NCBI RefSeq assembly: GCF_028641065.1
Contig: NC_073399.1
Span: 18,042,001 to 18,106,000 of the forward strand
DNA length: 64,000 bases
Direction: 5' to 3'
DNA from: Leucoraja erinacea
Taxonomy: Eukaryota
Shown: piece after piece, positions 12,176-23,207 of the stretch
Layout: every line of letters begins with the position of its first letter
Numbering within the stretch: the stretch's first letter is position 1
Translations under genes and position numbers: made by a program
The notes under the pieces: model-generated
Told to the model about the DNA's origin: nothing
Databases searched by the model: none
Seen by the model: only the letters and a program-made list of their open reading frames with translations

Positions 12176-12226
12176 CTTTTACACATTCACCTTTAATAAA
12201 ATACTCACAGACTGCAGAACCAGATT
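12176..12226 (-). CDS. CPSF4L: CPSF4-like exon 2 (K-SGSAVCEYFIKGECVK)
   Basis: tctctgtag| and G|gtaaga, 51 nt, phase 1-1; aligns with CPSF30 KSGAAVCEFFLKAACGKG. Confidence 0.92.
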
Positions 12227-12474
12227 CTACAGAGAGAAGAAAAAACAAGAATCACAATTGTTCGGATTGTTCTCTTTTTGGGCTCAGCAGCCTTTTGATT
12301 CGACATACATTTGTTTTGTCAGTTGTTTCCTGTGTTGTACTCAAGTTAATAGATTTTTCACATCTTTTAATTTATCCCACACCAACATTTCCCAATGTCC
12401 ATAAGCAATAAATATCACCACAATCTGCAGCTTTTCCATTTATTGAATTACAGATGCAGCAATCTACACCTTAA

Positions 12475-13337
12475 GGAAGACAAAAATGCTGGAGAAACTC
12501 AGCGGGTGAGGCAGCATCTATGGAGCGAAGGAAATAGGCAACGTTTTGGGTCGAAACCCTTCTTCAGACAGATTTTTTGAGGGAATGGGCGCCTAGAAAA
12601 CAGAAATCCTGGAGTAGATGAAGAGCGCGCCAGGTGTCTTGAACATAGGTAGTGAGGGATTTAACCAGGGGAGTTGAGGTATGTGGAAATAAGTTTGGTA
12701 GGACACGAACAGGCAGAAACAATGGGTCTGCCAGGACAGTCAGGTTTGTAGATTTTGGGGAGAAGGTAAAATAGGGCCATGCGGGGCTGGGGAACAATGA
12801 AGTTGGAGGCTTGGGAGGGCAGGGAGCCGGAGTTGAAGAAGTCAGTGATGGTGCTAGAGATAGTGGCCTGGTGCTCGTCTGTGGGGTCAAGGTCCAAGGG
12901 TAAGTAGGAGGAGGTGTCTGAGAGTTGGCGCGTGGCCTCAGCCTTGTAGAGATCAGCACACCAGACTACCACGGCACCTCCCTTGTCGGCAGGTTTGATC
13001 ACCCAGTCTGGGTTGTTGCAGAGTGAGTGGAGGGCTGTATGTTCAGGGGGGGAAGGAGAAGTTAGAGTGAGAAAGGGGAGTGGAGAAGTTGAGGCAGTTG
13101 ATGTCCTGCCAACAGTTTAAAATAAAAAGGTCTAAAGCCGGAAGATGGCCATGAGGGGGGGTCCAAGTGGAGGGGGCCCCGTTAGAGACCCCTCCTCTTG
13201 GACCATCAGTCTGAAGAAGGGTTTCGACCCAAAACGTTGCCTATTTCCTTTGCTCCATAGATGCTGCCTCACCGGCTGAGTTTCTCCAACATTTTTGTCT
13301 ACCTTCAATTTTTCAACATCTGCAGTTCCTTCTTAAC
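12475..13337 (-). mobile_element. Penelope-like element fragment (RT N-terminus) between inverted pLTR pieces
   Basis: IKPADKGGAVVVW...FYLLPKIYK...GRPIVSAC; 15-bp TSD caatctacaccttaa at 12460-12474 and 13338-13352. Confidence 0.88.
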
Positions 13338-14194
13338 CAATCTACACCTTAAATTGTCCCTAAACAAGCCATTGGAAACCATCCCGATGCACAATGACAA
13401 CCTTATCGCACCCTGAATGTGTATAAGTTATGTTCCATGCACCTTAATTGAAATGTATCTTATTAGGATTGAGAAGATGAATATTTTTTCATAGTCTGAA
13501 GTACAAGCCAAGTGCAAGAGTTTGAAAAATCTAACTATGGTATTCATTTGCAGGGGTTGGTGGTACTATACAGATACAACCAGTGCTCTTTCAAGCAGGC
13601 AGGTGAACTCAATTGTCCTCTATCATGTAGATTAATTTGGCTCATTTCTTGATATTTGACTTTGATGCAAGGGTTGGTCGGGTTTACAATCACCCAGCTT
13701 TAGGGACATCTACACACCCCACAAAACGCTCTGATGCTCAAACCCCATTTCCAAAGCAAGAAAAAGCATACTCAACTGAAGAAGCAAAAATATTAAAAAT
13801 GCCATTTTGCTATTTGTTGCCATTACAAGGAGATAGAAACAAAAAAGAAAAGTGTTAAACTATTTGGTTTACAGGAGCAGCTATCAGACTACAAATGAGA
13901 AACATTTACCTCAAAAAAAGTACAACTGTGCTAACAGCAACATGCAAAACCAAAATAGGGATCCAAGTTCATAAAAGTTTCAATTCAAACCCTGTGAGTT
14001 TAGTTTTGTGAGTTTAGTCATTGTAAAATTGGTTATCCACTTTTAACCACTAATCATCACATTTCAAACTATTGGGTGAAAGTAAATAGAGGCATCACTT
14101 TCAATAACTTCTTGTTTCAGAAATATTTTCCTGAATTTATTAAAAGTTAATTTCTTTCAAAGTAATCTTTGAATATTAACAAAATAGATCATGA

Positions 14195-14775
14195 TAGAAA
14201 CATAGAAACATAGAAATTAGGTGCAGGAGTAGGCCATTCGGCCCTTCGAGCCTGCACCGCCATTCAATATGATCATGGCTGATCATCCAACTCAGTATCC
14301 CGTACTTGCCTTCTCTCCATACCCCCTTAGCCACAAGGGCCACATCTAACTCCCTCTTAAATATAGCCAATGAACTGGCCTCAACTACCCTCTGTGGCAG
14401 AGAGTTCCAGAGATTCACCACTCTCTGTGTGAAAAAAAAGTTCTTCTCATCTCGGTTTTAAAGGATTTCCCCCTTATCCTTAAGCTGTGACCCCTTGTCC
14501 TGGACTTCCCCAACATCGGGAACAATCTTCCTGCATCTAGCCTGTCCAACCCCTTAAGAATTTTGTAAGTTTCTATAAGATCCCCTCTCAATCTCCTAAA
14601 TTCTAGAGAGTATAAACCAAGTCTATCCAGTCTTTCTTCATAAGACTGTACCATGACACCCAGGTCTCTCTGCATCTCCCCCTTTCCCAATCGGCCACCA
14701 TTTAGATAATAGTCTGCTTTCCCGTTTTTGCCACCAAAATGGATAACCTCACATTTATCCACATTATACTGCATG
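14195..14775 (-). mobile_element. Young CR1/HER1 3' fragment with an internal deletion
   Basis: MQYNVDKCEVIHFG...RDLGVMVQ joined directly to SYEERLDRLGLYSLE; near-identical to the copy at 40942-41710. Confidence 0.9.
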
Positions 14776-14929
14776 AATGATGAATGTTAGGAACTGGAAT
14801 TGGTTTCAATACATTTGGATTCAGTGACTTTTGAGAAAATAGCATTGTTTTAAAACCCTAAGACAATGAATTATAGGAAGATGCATTTAATTTTACCAAG
14901 TTTTAGTTCTGCATTATAATTTGACTTAC

Positions 14930-15032
14930 TGTCCATGCCAGAAAATGGCACATCCGGAATTCCTCTCTGCTGCTCCAGGACAATCTCAAAATCAAATCTC
15001 ATCTTTTGTAAACCAGCTATCAGCTCCTGCAT
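14930..15032 (-). CDS. CPSF4L: CPSF4-like first coding exon (MQELIAGLQKMRFDFEIVLEQQRGIPDVPFSGMD)
   Basis: ATG with A at -3, 103 nt to the A|gtaagt donor; N-terminus closer to CPSF4L (MQEVIAGLE...) than to CPSF4 (MQEIIASVD...). Confidence 0.88.
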
Positions 15033-15451
15033 TCTTCCAGTGTTTGAATACAAATGATATTTTCCCCAGGCTGTTTTCAGTAAACTGAAGAAACCAGCCA
15101 TGAAGCTTAGGCTAACTTTATCAACTAATCAGTGGCCAAAGAATGCTGGGACTTTTTAGAAAAAATGATTTTTTTAAAAATGATTTTAAATTATTTTGTT
15201 TCCGATAAATCACAGATTATGCTATGAATGCAGATTTGCTGATTACCAGTTTAATGGAATTACTTTCAGGTTTGTGGTGGTCACATGTCCTGATTTAATG
15301 GGGACTGATAACTAATTGATTGTTCTCTGAGAGACCCTCTTGTCTGAGTGTATTAGTTCATTAGTGTCATTGCATCATAGAGCCTGGAAATAGGCCCTTC
15401 AGCCCAATTTACGCATGCTAACCAAGATGATCCATCTAAGCTAGGCCCATT

Positions 15452-15750
15452 TGGGCGGCACAGTGGTGCAGCAGTAGAGCTGATGCCCTACAGCGCCAGA
15501 GACCCGGGTTGGATCCTGACTACGGGCGCCATCTGTACAGAGTTTGTACATTCACCCTGTGACTGTGAAGTTGTTTTGGTTTCCTCCCACACTCCAAAGA
15601 CGTACAGATTTGTAGGCTGATTGGCTTCTGTACATTGTAAATTGTCTTTAACGCGTAGGATAGTGTTAGTACTGTATGAGGTAATTGCTGTTCAGTGTGA
15701 ATTTGGTAGATCTAAGGGTCTGTTTCCACACTGTATCTCTAAAGTCTCAA
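15452..15750 (+). mobile_element. V-SINE (HE1-like)
   Basis: gggcggcacagtggtgcagcagtagagc head and CR1-like tail. Confidence 0.8.
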
Positions 15751-16039
15751 ATCTGAAGTGGTCATATCCCTCTAAACCTTCCCTCCATGAACTTGTCCAA
15801 ATGTCTATTACTTGAGTGAATTTGTTGGAAATGTATTGCCCCAATAATAGGCTGCAAAAATCTCTCTAGATTTTTTTTATCAGTGTAAAGCAAAATTTGA
15901 AATGAATAATTGAATTGAATTGAATAAATGTTATTAGTTAAGTATATACATATACAAGGAATTTGCCTTGGTGCTTTGTTCACAAGGATAACAACACGAT
16001 ATACAGTAGACAATTAAAAATAAAATGTTATAATTTAAA

Positions 16040-16320
16040 TTTGGAGATACAGCGTGGACACAGGACCTTCGGCACCCCGAGTCCGCACTGAACAATGAAC
16101 CTCGTACACTTACACTATCTTACACACTAGGGACCATTTATAATTTTTACTGAAGGTAATTAGCCTACAAACTTGTACGTCTTTGGAATGTGGGAGGAAT
16201 CCGGAGCTCCCGGGAAAAACCTACTGGTCACGGGGAGAATGTACAAACTCTGTACAGGCTGCACCCGCAGTAAGGATCGAACCCTGGTCTCTGGTGCAGT
16301 GAGGCAACAACTCTACCAGT
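16040..16320 (-). mobile_element. V-SINE (HE1-like)
   Basis: Reverse-complement match to the same SINE consensus. Confidence 0.8.
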
Positions 16321-16399
16321 TGTGCTTGGAGTTGTGGAGATAGACGTCCATTAGCCGTCAATATTTGCCTTGCATGACTCTCTAAGGCCAGCCCAAGTA

Positions 16400-16690
16400 G
16401 CAGAGTACTGGAATGTGTTGCTGCTTGGGATGAAGCTCAACATAGGCCATTACATACTTCTCCGGACATTCTGGACAACACACATTCCAGAAGGAGGTGG
16501 ATGACAGTCTTATTCCCACAGCTGCTGTCTCGAGGGCAACATGGAGTGGTGCTGAGATTCCGATTATACCTGGGGTACCTGATGAGGGACCATCTTAGCA
16601 TCAGCCAGGCCAGGTATTGCTGCGAGTTTGAATGTTCTTTGAATGAGAGAGAATGCCAATGAAATGGACAATCCACTCAGTAAACCATCT
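16400..16690 (-). mobile_element. L1/Tx1-clade LINE C-terminal zinc-finger remnant
   Basis: CPRDSSCGNKTVIHLLLEC resembles the C-terminal CCHC motif (zf-RVT region) of Tx1/L1 ORF2. Confidence 0.55.
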
Positions 16691-17015
16691 GGCCTCGGGT
16701 GTCTGCATGTTTTCCCTGTGACCTTGTGGGTTTACTCCAGGTGCTCCGGTTTCCTCCCACATCCCTAGGAAGTACAGGCTTGCAGGTTAATTGGCCTCTT
16801 TAAATCACCCGCAGTGTGTAAGGAGTGGAGGCGAAAGTGGGATAACAAAGAATTAGTGTATGAATGAATGGGTGATCAGGGATGTGGGAGGAAACCGGAG
16901 CACCTGGAGTAAACCCACAAGGTCACAGGGAAAACATGCAGACACCCGAGGCCAGATGGTTTACTAAGTGGATTGTCCATTTCATTGGCATTCTCTCTCA
17001 TTCAAAGAACATTCA
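16629..17015. repeat. Long inverted repeat: 138-bp arms (16629-16766 and 16878-17015), 111-bp spacer, 1 mismatch
   Basis: Arm 2 is the reverse complement of arm 1 except ctcag versus cttag. Confidence 0.95.
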
Positions 17016-17151
17016 GTGAGCCAAATGGCCTATTTACCTGCTGTATCTTTCAATCATGTTCCTGTTATGACACTTGGAACATTATCTGCTATCAGAGATA
17101 TATTCTGCACCTGTCTCTGACATTGAAATAATCTAAAGCAAATATATCTGC

Positions 17152-17170
17152 TGGCCACTAGATGTCAGTG
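17152..17170 (+). promoter_or_regulatory. CTCF-like motif (tggCCACTAGATGTCAGtg)
   Basis: Close match to the CTCF core CCACYAGRKGGCR, in unique sequence. Confidence 0.5.
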
Positions 17171-17519
17171 TTGCTTTCTGCATGCGTTTTCAAATGCATT
17201 TAGAATTTGAATTAATAGTTTTTTATCTTAAGTAAAATGGAAGAAACAGAAAATAAATCTAACAATGTTTATGCCATTATTGTCACTATTAATAATTGTC
17301 TACCCACAAAGTTTCAGTAACTAATGGTACAAAATATTCATGGTGGCCTCACCATCTCAGTCTGTCATCCCTTGGCAAGTTGTGTTATGGAAAATACACT
17401 GAGTTGTGACTTGAATGTGTGCTAATATATTTTCTTAAAAAGTGCATGGTAATTGAATTGCACCGTTTTCATGAGATTTTAACAAATTCTACCATAACTC
17501 CAGATGATCTGTCAAGTGT

Positions 17520-18020
17520 CAAGAGTGTCAACATGTCAACATGGATTTGTGCCTGGAAGGTCATGTTTGACTAATCTTCTTGAATTTTTTGAAGAGGTTA
17601 CTAGGGAAATTGACGAGGGTAAAGCAGTGTATGTTGTCTATATGGACTTTAGTAAGGCCTTTGACAAGGTTCCTCATGGAAGGTTGGTTAAGAAGGTTAA
17701 ACTGTTGGGTATAAATGCAGGTATAGCAAGATGGTTTCAACAGTGGCTGAATGGGAGAAGCCAGAGGGTAATGGTGGATGGCTGTTTGTCGGGTTGGAGG
17801 CAGGTGACTAGTGGGGTGCCTCAGGGATCTGTGTTGTGGTGACGGCAGGTTCGTTGGTATCATTTAAAAATAAATTGGATAGGCATATGGATGAGAAGGG
17901 AATGGAGGGTTATGGTATGAGTGCAGGCAGGTGGGACTAAGGAAAAAAGTTGTTCGGCACGGACTTGTAGGGCCGAGATGGCCTGTTTCCGTGCTGTAAT
18001 TGTTATATGGTTATATGGTT
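17520..18020 (+). mobile_element. CR1 fragment (RT domain spliced by deletion to the 3' end)
   Basis: QHGFVPGRSCLTNLLEFFEEV...YMDFSKAFDKVPH...GVPQGSVL; (tatatggt)n tail. Confidence 0.9.
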
Positions 18021-18191
18021 ATAGTATATTATGGTCAGATTTCCCAAAACAGAACAATGAAATTCTTACAACAGCACGACCAATATGTGCAACAATTAAA
18101 ATGTAAAAATAAAAAGATGTAACCATAGTGCTCTGTAAACTATGAAATTAGTGAAGTGTCTTCTGTTAACATCATAATAAGCACCAAAAAC

Positions 18192-18401
18192 TGTAAACAG
18201 GCACCAGAGACAGTGTATGATTTAAACACATCTTTAATCAGCACTGAAACTTAACAGCGTTATAGAACGATAGGTTGTCAGTACATCCTAGCTGCTCAGG
18301 TTGGCAGTGCCGGAAAGGAGTGTTAGTATAAGTGTTATAGTGGGGTGCAGTTAGTGATGCTGGCTTATGTGTGATTGGTTCACATGCATCATCAATCTAC
18401 A
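18192..18401 (-). mobile_element. Solo LTR (210 bp)
   Basis: tgta...taca termini, perfect 5-bp TSD aaaac (18187-18191 and 18402-18406), CCAAT and ATTAAA on the minus strand. Confidence 0.7.
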
Positions 18402-20090
18402 AAAACAATTTCAGTATATTAAAAAAAACAATAATAGTACAAAGACAAAAGTCTATGAGTAGGGAAGAACTGTGGATGCTGGTTTAAATCGAAGATAGAC
18501 ACAAAATGCTGGAGTAACTCAGTGGGACAGGCAGCATCTCTGGAGACAAGGAATGGGTGACGTTTCAGGTCGAGACCCTTCTTCAGTCCCTCGAAGTCTA
18601 TGTAGTTCAGAGTTTAGAATGTACATGCTGTTCCCTCTCTGTGTTCTACTGCGGTGTTGATTCCAAAGGAAAGTCTTGTAATGTGCCTGTTTTGCAGCAA
18701 TTATAATTTTCTCCGTCTGGGAGAGTCAGTCTGCCTGCTTAAAACCTCAACATGAAAATGCATTGCCAAGGGAATAAATCCCTACATTATGTATATCATT
18801 TACACATCTTATTCTTACTCAAAATAAGTTGCCTAGACTGTGACAGGGGTGAACAAACAATGATAGCAATGATTTAAATAAAGAGAAGCAAAAGCATTTG
18901 CGACTAGATGGAAGAAGACTTAGATTGGAAACACTGAAGTCACCTCTTACTCCAAATGGCAGTGTAATGGCAGAGTCAAGAATCCCCAATACAGGATGTG
19001 GAGGCTTTGGAGAGGGTGTGGTTTACCAGAATGTGGCCTGGATGAGAGGCCACTGGCAATAAGGCGAGGTTGAACTTTCTTGGGCATTATTCTCTAGGAA
19101 TGTTTCTTGTGAGTGGTTTGGCTGGTGAATCAGGCTCGCTCAGGAATGCTGTTTATGTGCTGGATTCTGCACTCTTTGCTCCTGATGGCTTTTTAACACA
19201 TTTCCGGGTTTGACTTTTGTCCTTCTCTCCTCAATCAATTTCCAAATTCCCTCAGCAATTACCTCTCATGTCCGTGGTGGCATGTGTGACTGCCAAAGAC
19301 CCTTTTTAAAGCACAGCCGTGCTTAGTTATGGTCAAACACACATTATTCAGAGGTATTTCAGGGAACACTCAAGAGTGTCGTGAAACTGGTTTGTCACAG
19401 AGCTGGTCTGACAATCATGACTGTTCTATCTATCCCTCCTAACTCCATTCTCCTGCCTTCTCCCCATATCCTCTGACACCTGTACTAATCAAGAGTCTAT
19501 CTAACTCTGCCTTAAAAATATCCACTGACTTGGCCTCCACGGCCCTCTTTGGCAAAGACCCTCAGAACCTGTTTCCCATGTCAAAGAAAGACAAGATGGC
19601 ATAGTTTTAAGGTGAAAGGGGCGAAGTTTAAAGGAGTTGTGGGGGACAAGTATTTTTACAAAGAAGGTGGTGGGTGCTTGGAACACACTGGTGGTGATTG
19701 GCACGATAGTAGAATTTTAGTAGATAGTAGAGGTTTTAAGAGATGAATGTGCAGGGAATGGAGGGTTTTGGATCTTGGATCTTGTCCAAGCAAATGAGAT
19801 TAGATTACCTTGGCATCATGTTTAGCATGGATATTGTCGGCCGAAGGGCCTGTTCCTGTACTGTACTGTTCTATGTTCTGATCTTTCCACGCATCGGAGC
19901 AGCAGATTTGAAGAAATGATTCCATACAGAGATAATTGTACTAAGCTTTTTCTACTGCAACTTTAATTATCAAGGATTACTCTTAAAGACATTGTTTAAA
20001 ATAAACTTAAATGAACCAGCAAGTCACTTCAATGTTAGGAAGGTAACTAAGGATTGAGAAGGTGAATGAACTTTGTTATTGAAGCAGCTT

Positions 20091-20106
20091 GTCACTAGAG
20101 GGCGCA
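20091..20106 (+). promoter_or_regulatory. CTCF-like motif (gtCACTAGAGGGCGCa)
   Basis: Close match to the CTCF core, same orientation as the 17152 motif. Confidence 0.5.
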
Positions 20107-20252
20107 TATGTAACATCATTCACAAATTTATTTTGAACACTGAGTAGGATTTATCTGATGTGATGTGCAGAGAAAAGCCCTTTCTGCTTAGGCCAAAAGA
20201 TTGTGGTGTCCTGCTTTTGCAACTGAACACCCCAGATACATTCCACATATGT

Positions 20253-20462
20253 TTAAGAAAGAACTGCAGATGCTGGTAAAATCGAAGGTAGACGCAAAAT
20301 GCTGGAGAAACTCAGCGGGTGAGGCAGCACCTTTCGAGAGAAGGAATTGGCGACGTTTCTGGTCGTTTCAGACTGAAGAATGGTTTCGACCCGAAAAGTC
20401 GCCAATTTCTTCTCTCCACAGATGCTGCGTCACTCGCTGATTATCTCCAACATTTTGTGTCC
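20253..20462. mobile_element. Fold-back (MITE-like) Penelope pLTR derivative
   Basis: Two pLTR halves head to head; 15-bp TSD acattc(c/t)acatatgt at 20238-20252 and 20463-20477. Confidence 0.75.
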
Positions 20463-20713
20463 ACATTCTACATATGTAGTGCAGAGAATGTATATGTTTT
20501 GATGTTGGTCCTTTTTAAGTATTGGACATCCATATTTGGCTGCATGACAAGCGCATGTTTCTAAATTACTTGAAACTGGTAACCTTATGCTAAGTGAAAT
20601 TGTAAACATTGTACCTCAGTCTCCAACACTGTGTTTATTTTACAATACACATTTGAGAAAGACGGGTTTAATCAAATGGTGAAGGGACTGAACAGATAGA
20701 TATGTTTTTGTGG

Positions 20714-21688
20714 TGGACAAAAATGCTGGAGAAACTCAGCGGGTGAGGCAGCATCTATGGAGCGAAGGAACTAGGTAACGTTTCGGGTCGACACCCTTCT
20801 TCAGACTGATGTGAGGGTGGGGGTGGGGTGGACGGGAAGAAGAAAGGAAGAGGCGGAGACAGTGGGCTGAGAGAGAGCTGGGAAGAGGAGGAGAAAGCAA
20901 GGCCAACATTGGAGGTCAATGTTCATACCACTGGTGTATCCCACCACTGGCCACATCATCCCATCTCCTCCCCTATCTACTTTCTGCAGAGACTGCTCCC
21001 TCCGTAACTCCCTGGTCAATTTGTCCCTTCTCACCCAAACCACCCCCTCTCCTGGCAGTTTCCCTTGCAACCGCAGGAAATGCTACACTTGTTGCTTTAC
21101 CTCCCCCCTTGACTCCATTCAAGGATCCAAGCAGTCTTTCCAGATGCGGCAGAGGTTCACCTGCACCTCCTCCAACCTCATCTATCGCACCCGCTGCTCT
21201 AGATGTCAGCTGCTCTATATTGGTGAGACAAAGCGTAGGCTTGGCGATCACTTTGCCCAATACCTCGCTTGGTCCGCAATAACCAACCTGATCTCCCAGT
21301 GACTCAGCACTTCAACTCACCTTCCATTCCGAATCCGACCTTTGTCCTGGGCCTCCTCCGTGGCTAGAGTGAGGCCCACCGTAAATTGGAGGAGCAGCAC
21401 CTCATATTTCGCTTGGGCAGTTTACACCCCAGCGGTATGAACATCGACTTCTCCAATTTCAGGTAGTCCCTGCTTTCTCCTCCTCTTCCCAGCTCTCCCT
21501 CAGCCCACTGTCTCCGCCTCTTCCTTTCTTCTTCCCGCCCTCCCCCAGCCTCACATCAGTCTGAAGAAGGGTCTCGACCCGAAACATTGCCCATTTCCTT
21601 TGCTCCATAGCTGCTGCCTCACCCGCTGAGTTTCTCCAGCATTTTTGTCTACCTTCAATTTTCCAGCATCTGCAGTTCCTTCTTAAAC
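20714..21688 (+). mobile_element. Penelope-like element: inverted 5' pLTR, GIY-YIG endonuclease fragment and 3' pLTR
   Basis: CNRRKCYTC...FTCTSSNLIYRTRCSRCQLLYIGETKRRLGDHF; 16-bp TSD agatatgtttttgtgg at 20698-20713 and 21689-21704. Confidence 0.9.
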
Positions 21689-22086
21689 AGATATGTTTTT
21701 GTGGATAAGTTTGCATATTTGCAAGTTCAAATTGCTTATATTCTCCAGAGATGATTGACAAATGAATACTCATCTGTGCTTTTCAATATAAAACCCATTA
21801 AGGCATTAAACTCTGGAAGGATCACGTCTCTCCGTATGGTTCTATTACCAAGTCCAGCTGGAGATAAAATAAGTGACAGGCAACTTGAATTGGATAGTTA
21901 TTTTAAAAAAAAGCTTTCATATTCCATGTTTGAAGTCAATAAGCTGCTTAACACTGCTATCTACAGTCTGCTCTTTAAATGTGTCTCCATGGGGCTGTAC
22001 CCTACCAAAATACATTATTCATACTCATAAGTTATAGGAGCAGAAATACACCATTCGGCCCATCAAGTCTGCTCTGCCATTCAATC

Positions 22087-23070
22087 ATAGAAATTAGGTG
22101 CAGGAGTAGGCCATTCGGCCCTTCGAGCCTGCACCGCCATTCAATATGATCAGGCGCCTTTACCACCTCAGGCAATTGAGGAAATTCAGAGTGTCTCCGA
22201 GGATCCTCCAGTGCTTCTACGCAGCGGCGGTGGAAAGCATCTTGTCTGGGAACATTACCATCTGGTTCGGGAATTGCTCTGCCAAGGACAAGAAGGCTCT
22301 GCAGAGAGTAGTGCGTTCGGCCGAACGCACTATGGGAACTTCACTCACCCCCCTGCAGGAACTATACAACAGGAGGTGCAACTCCAGAGCAAACAAAATC
22401 ATGAGAGACCTCTTCCACCCCTGCAACAGACTGTTCCAGCCGCTACGATCAGGCAAACGCCTCCGTTGCCATGCAGTGAGAACGGAGAGGTTGAGAAGGA
22501 GTTTCTTCCCAGAGGCAATTCGGACTGTAAACGCCTTTCTCACCAGGGACTAACTGTACAGAACGTTTTTTTTCCTTCTATTATTTATTATGTAAAATAA
22601 TATGTGTGTTATGATTGTGTTTATAATTTGTTTGGTTGTTTTGTTGTTCCGCGAGCATTGCCACTTTCATTTCACTGCACATCTCGTATGTGTATGTGAC
22701 AAATAAACTTGACTTGACTTGACTTGACTTGCTGATCATCCAACTCAATATCCTGTACCTGCCTTCTCTCCATACCCCCTGATCCTTTTTGCCACAAGGG
22801 CCACATCTAACTCCCTCTTAAACATAGCCAATGAATTGGCCTCAACTACCTTCTGTGGCAGAGAATTCCACAGATTCACCACTCTCTGTGTGAAAAATGT
22901 TTTTCTCATCTCAGTCCTAAAAGACATTCCCCTTATCCTTAAACTGTGACCCTTTGTTCTGGACTTCCCCAACATCAGGAACAATCTTCCTGCATCTAGC
23001 CTGTCCAACCCCTTAGAATTTTGTAAGTTTCAATAAGATCCCCCCTCAATCTTCTAAATTCTAGCGAGTA
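22087..23070 (-). mobile_element. CR1/HER1 3' fragment split by a Rex/Babar insertion
   Basis: CR1 tail sequence breaks at 22151 and resumes at 22731. Confidence 0.85.
22152..22730 (+). mobile_element. Young Rex1/Babar-type LINE 3' end
   Basis: Uninterrupted frame RRLYHLRQLRKF...AVESILSGNITIWFGN...RSFFPEAIR to the stop at 22553; AATAAA followed by a (cttga)n tail. Confidence 0.88.
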
Positions 23071-23207
23071 CATGGCTGATCTATCTAAACCTCAGTCTCT
23101 TGCCTTCTCCCCATAACCCCGGACATGCATACTAATCAGTATTGGACCTTACTGGTCCTAGGACTGGGAAATGAGCCAGGTCAGTTGACTGGTGTTTAAA
23201 TGGAAGA

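Noticed and set aside
15033-15101. In-frame upstream ATG giving a 23-aa N-terminal extension of CPSF4L
   Set aside because: Weaker -3 context, and homology starts at MQELIAG; cannot be supported without transcript data
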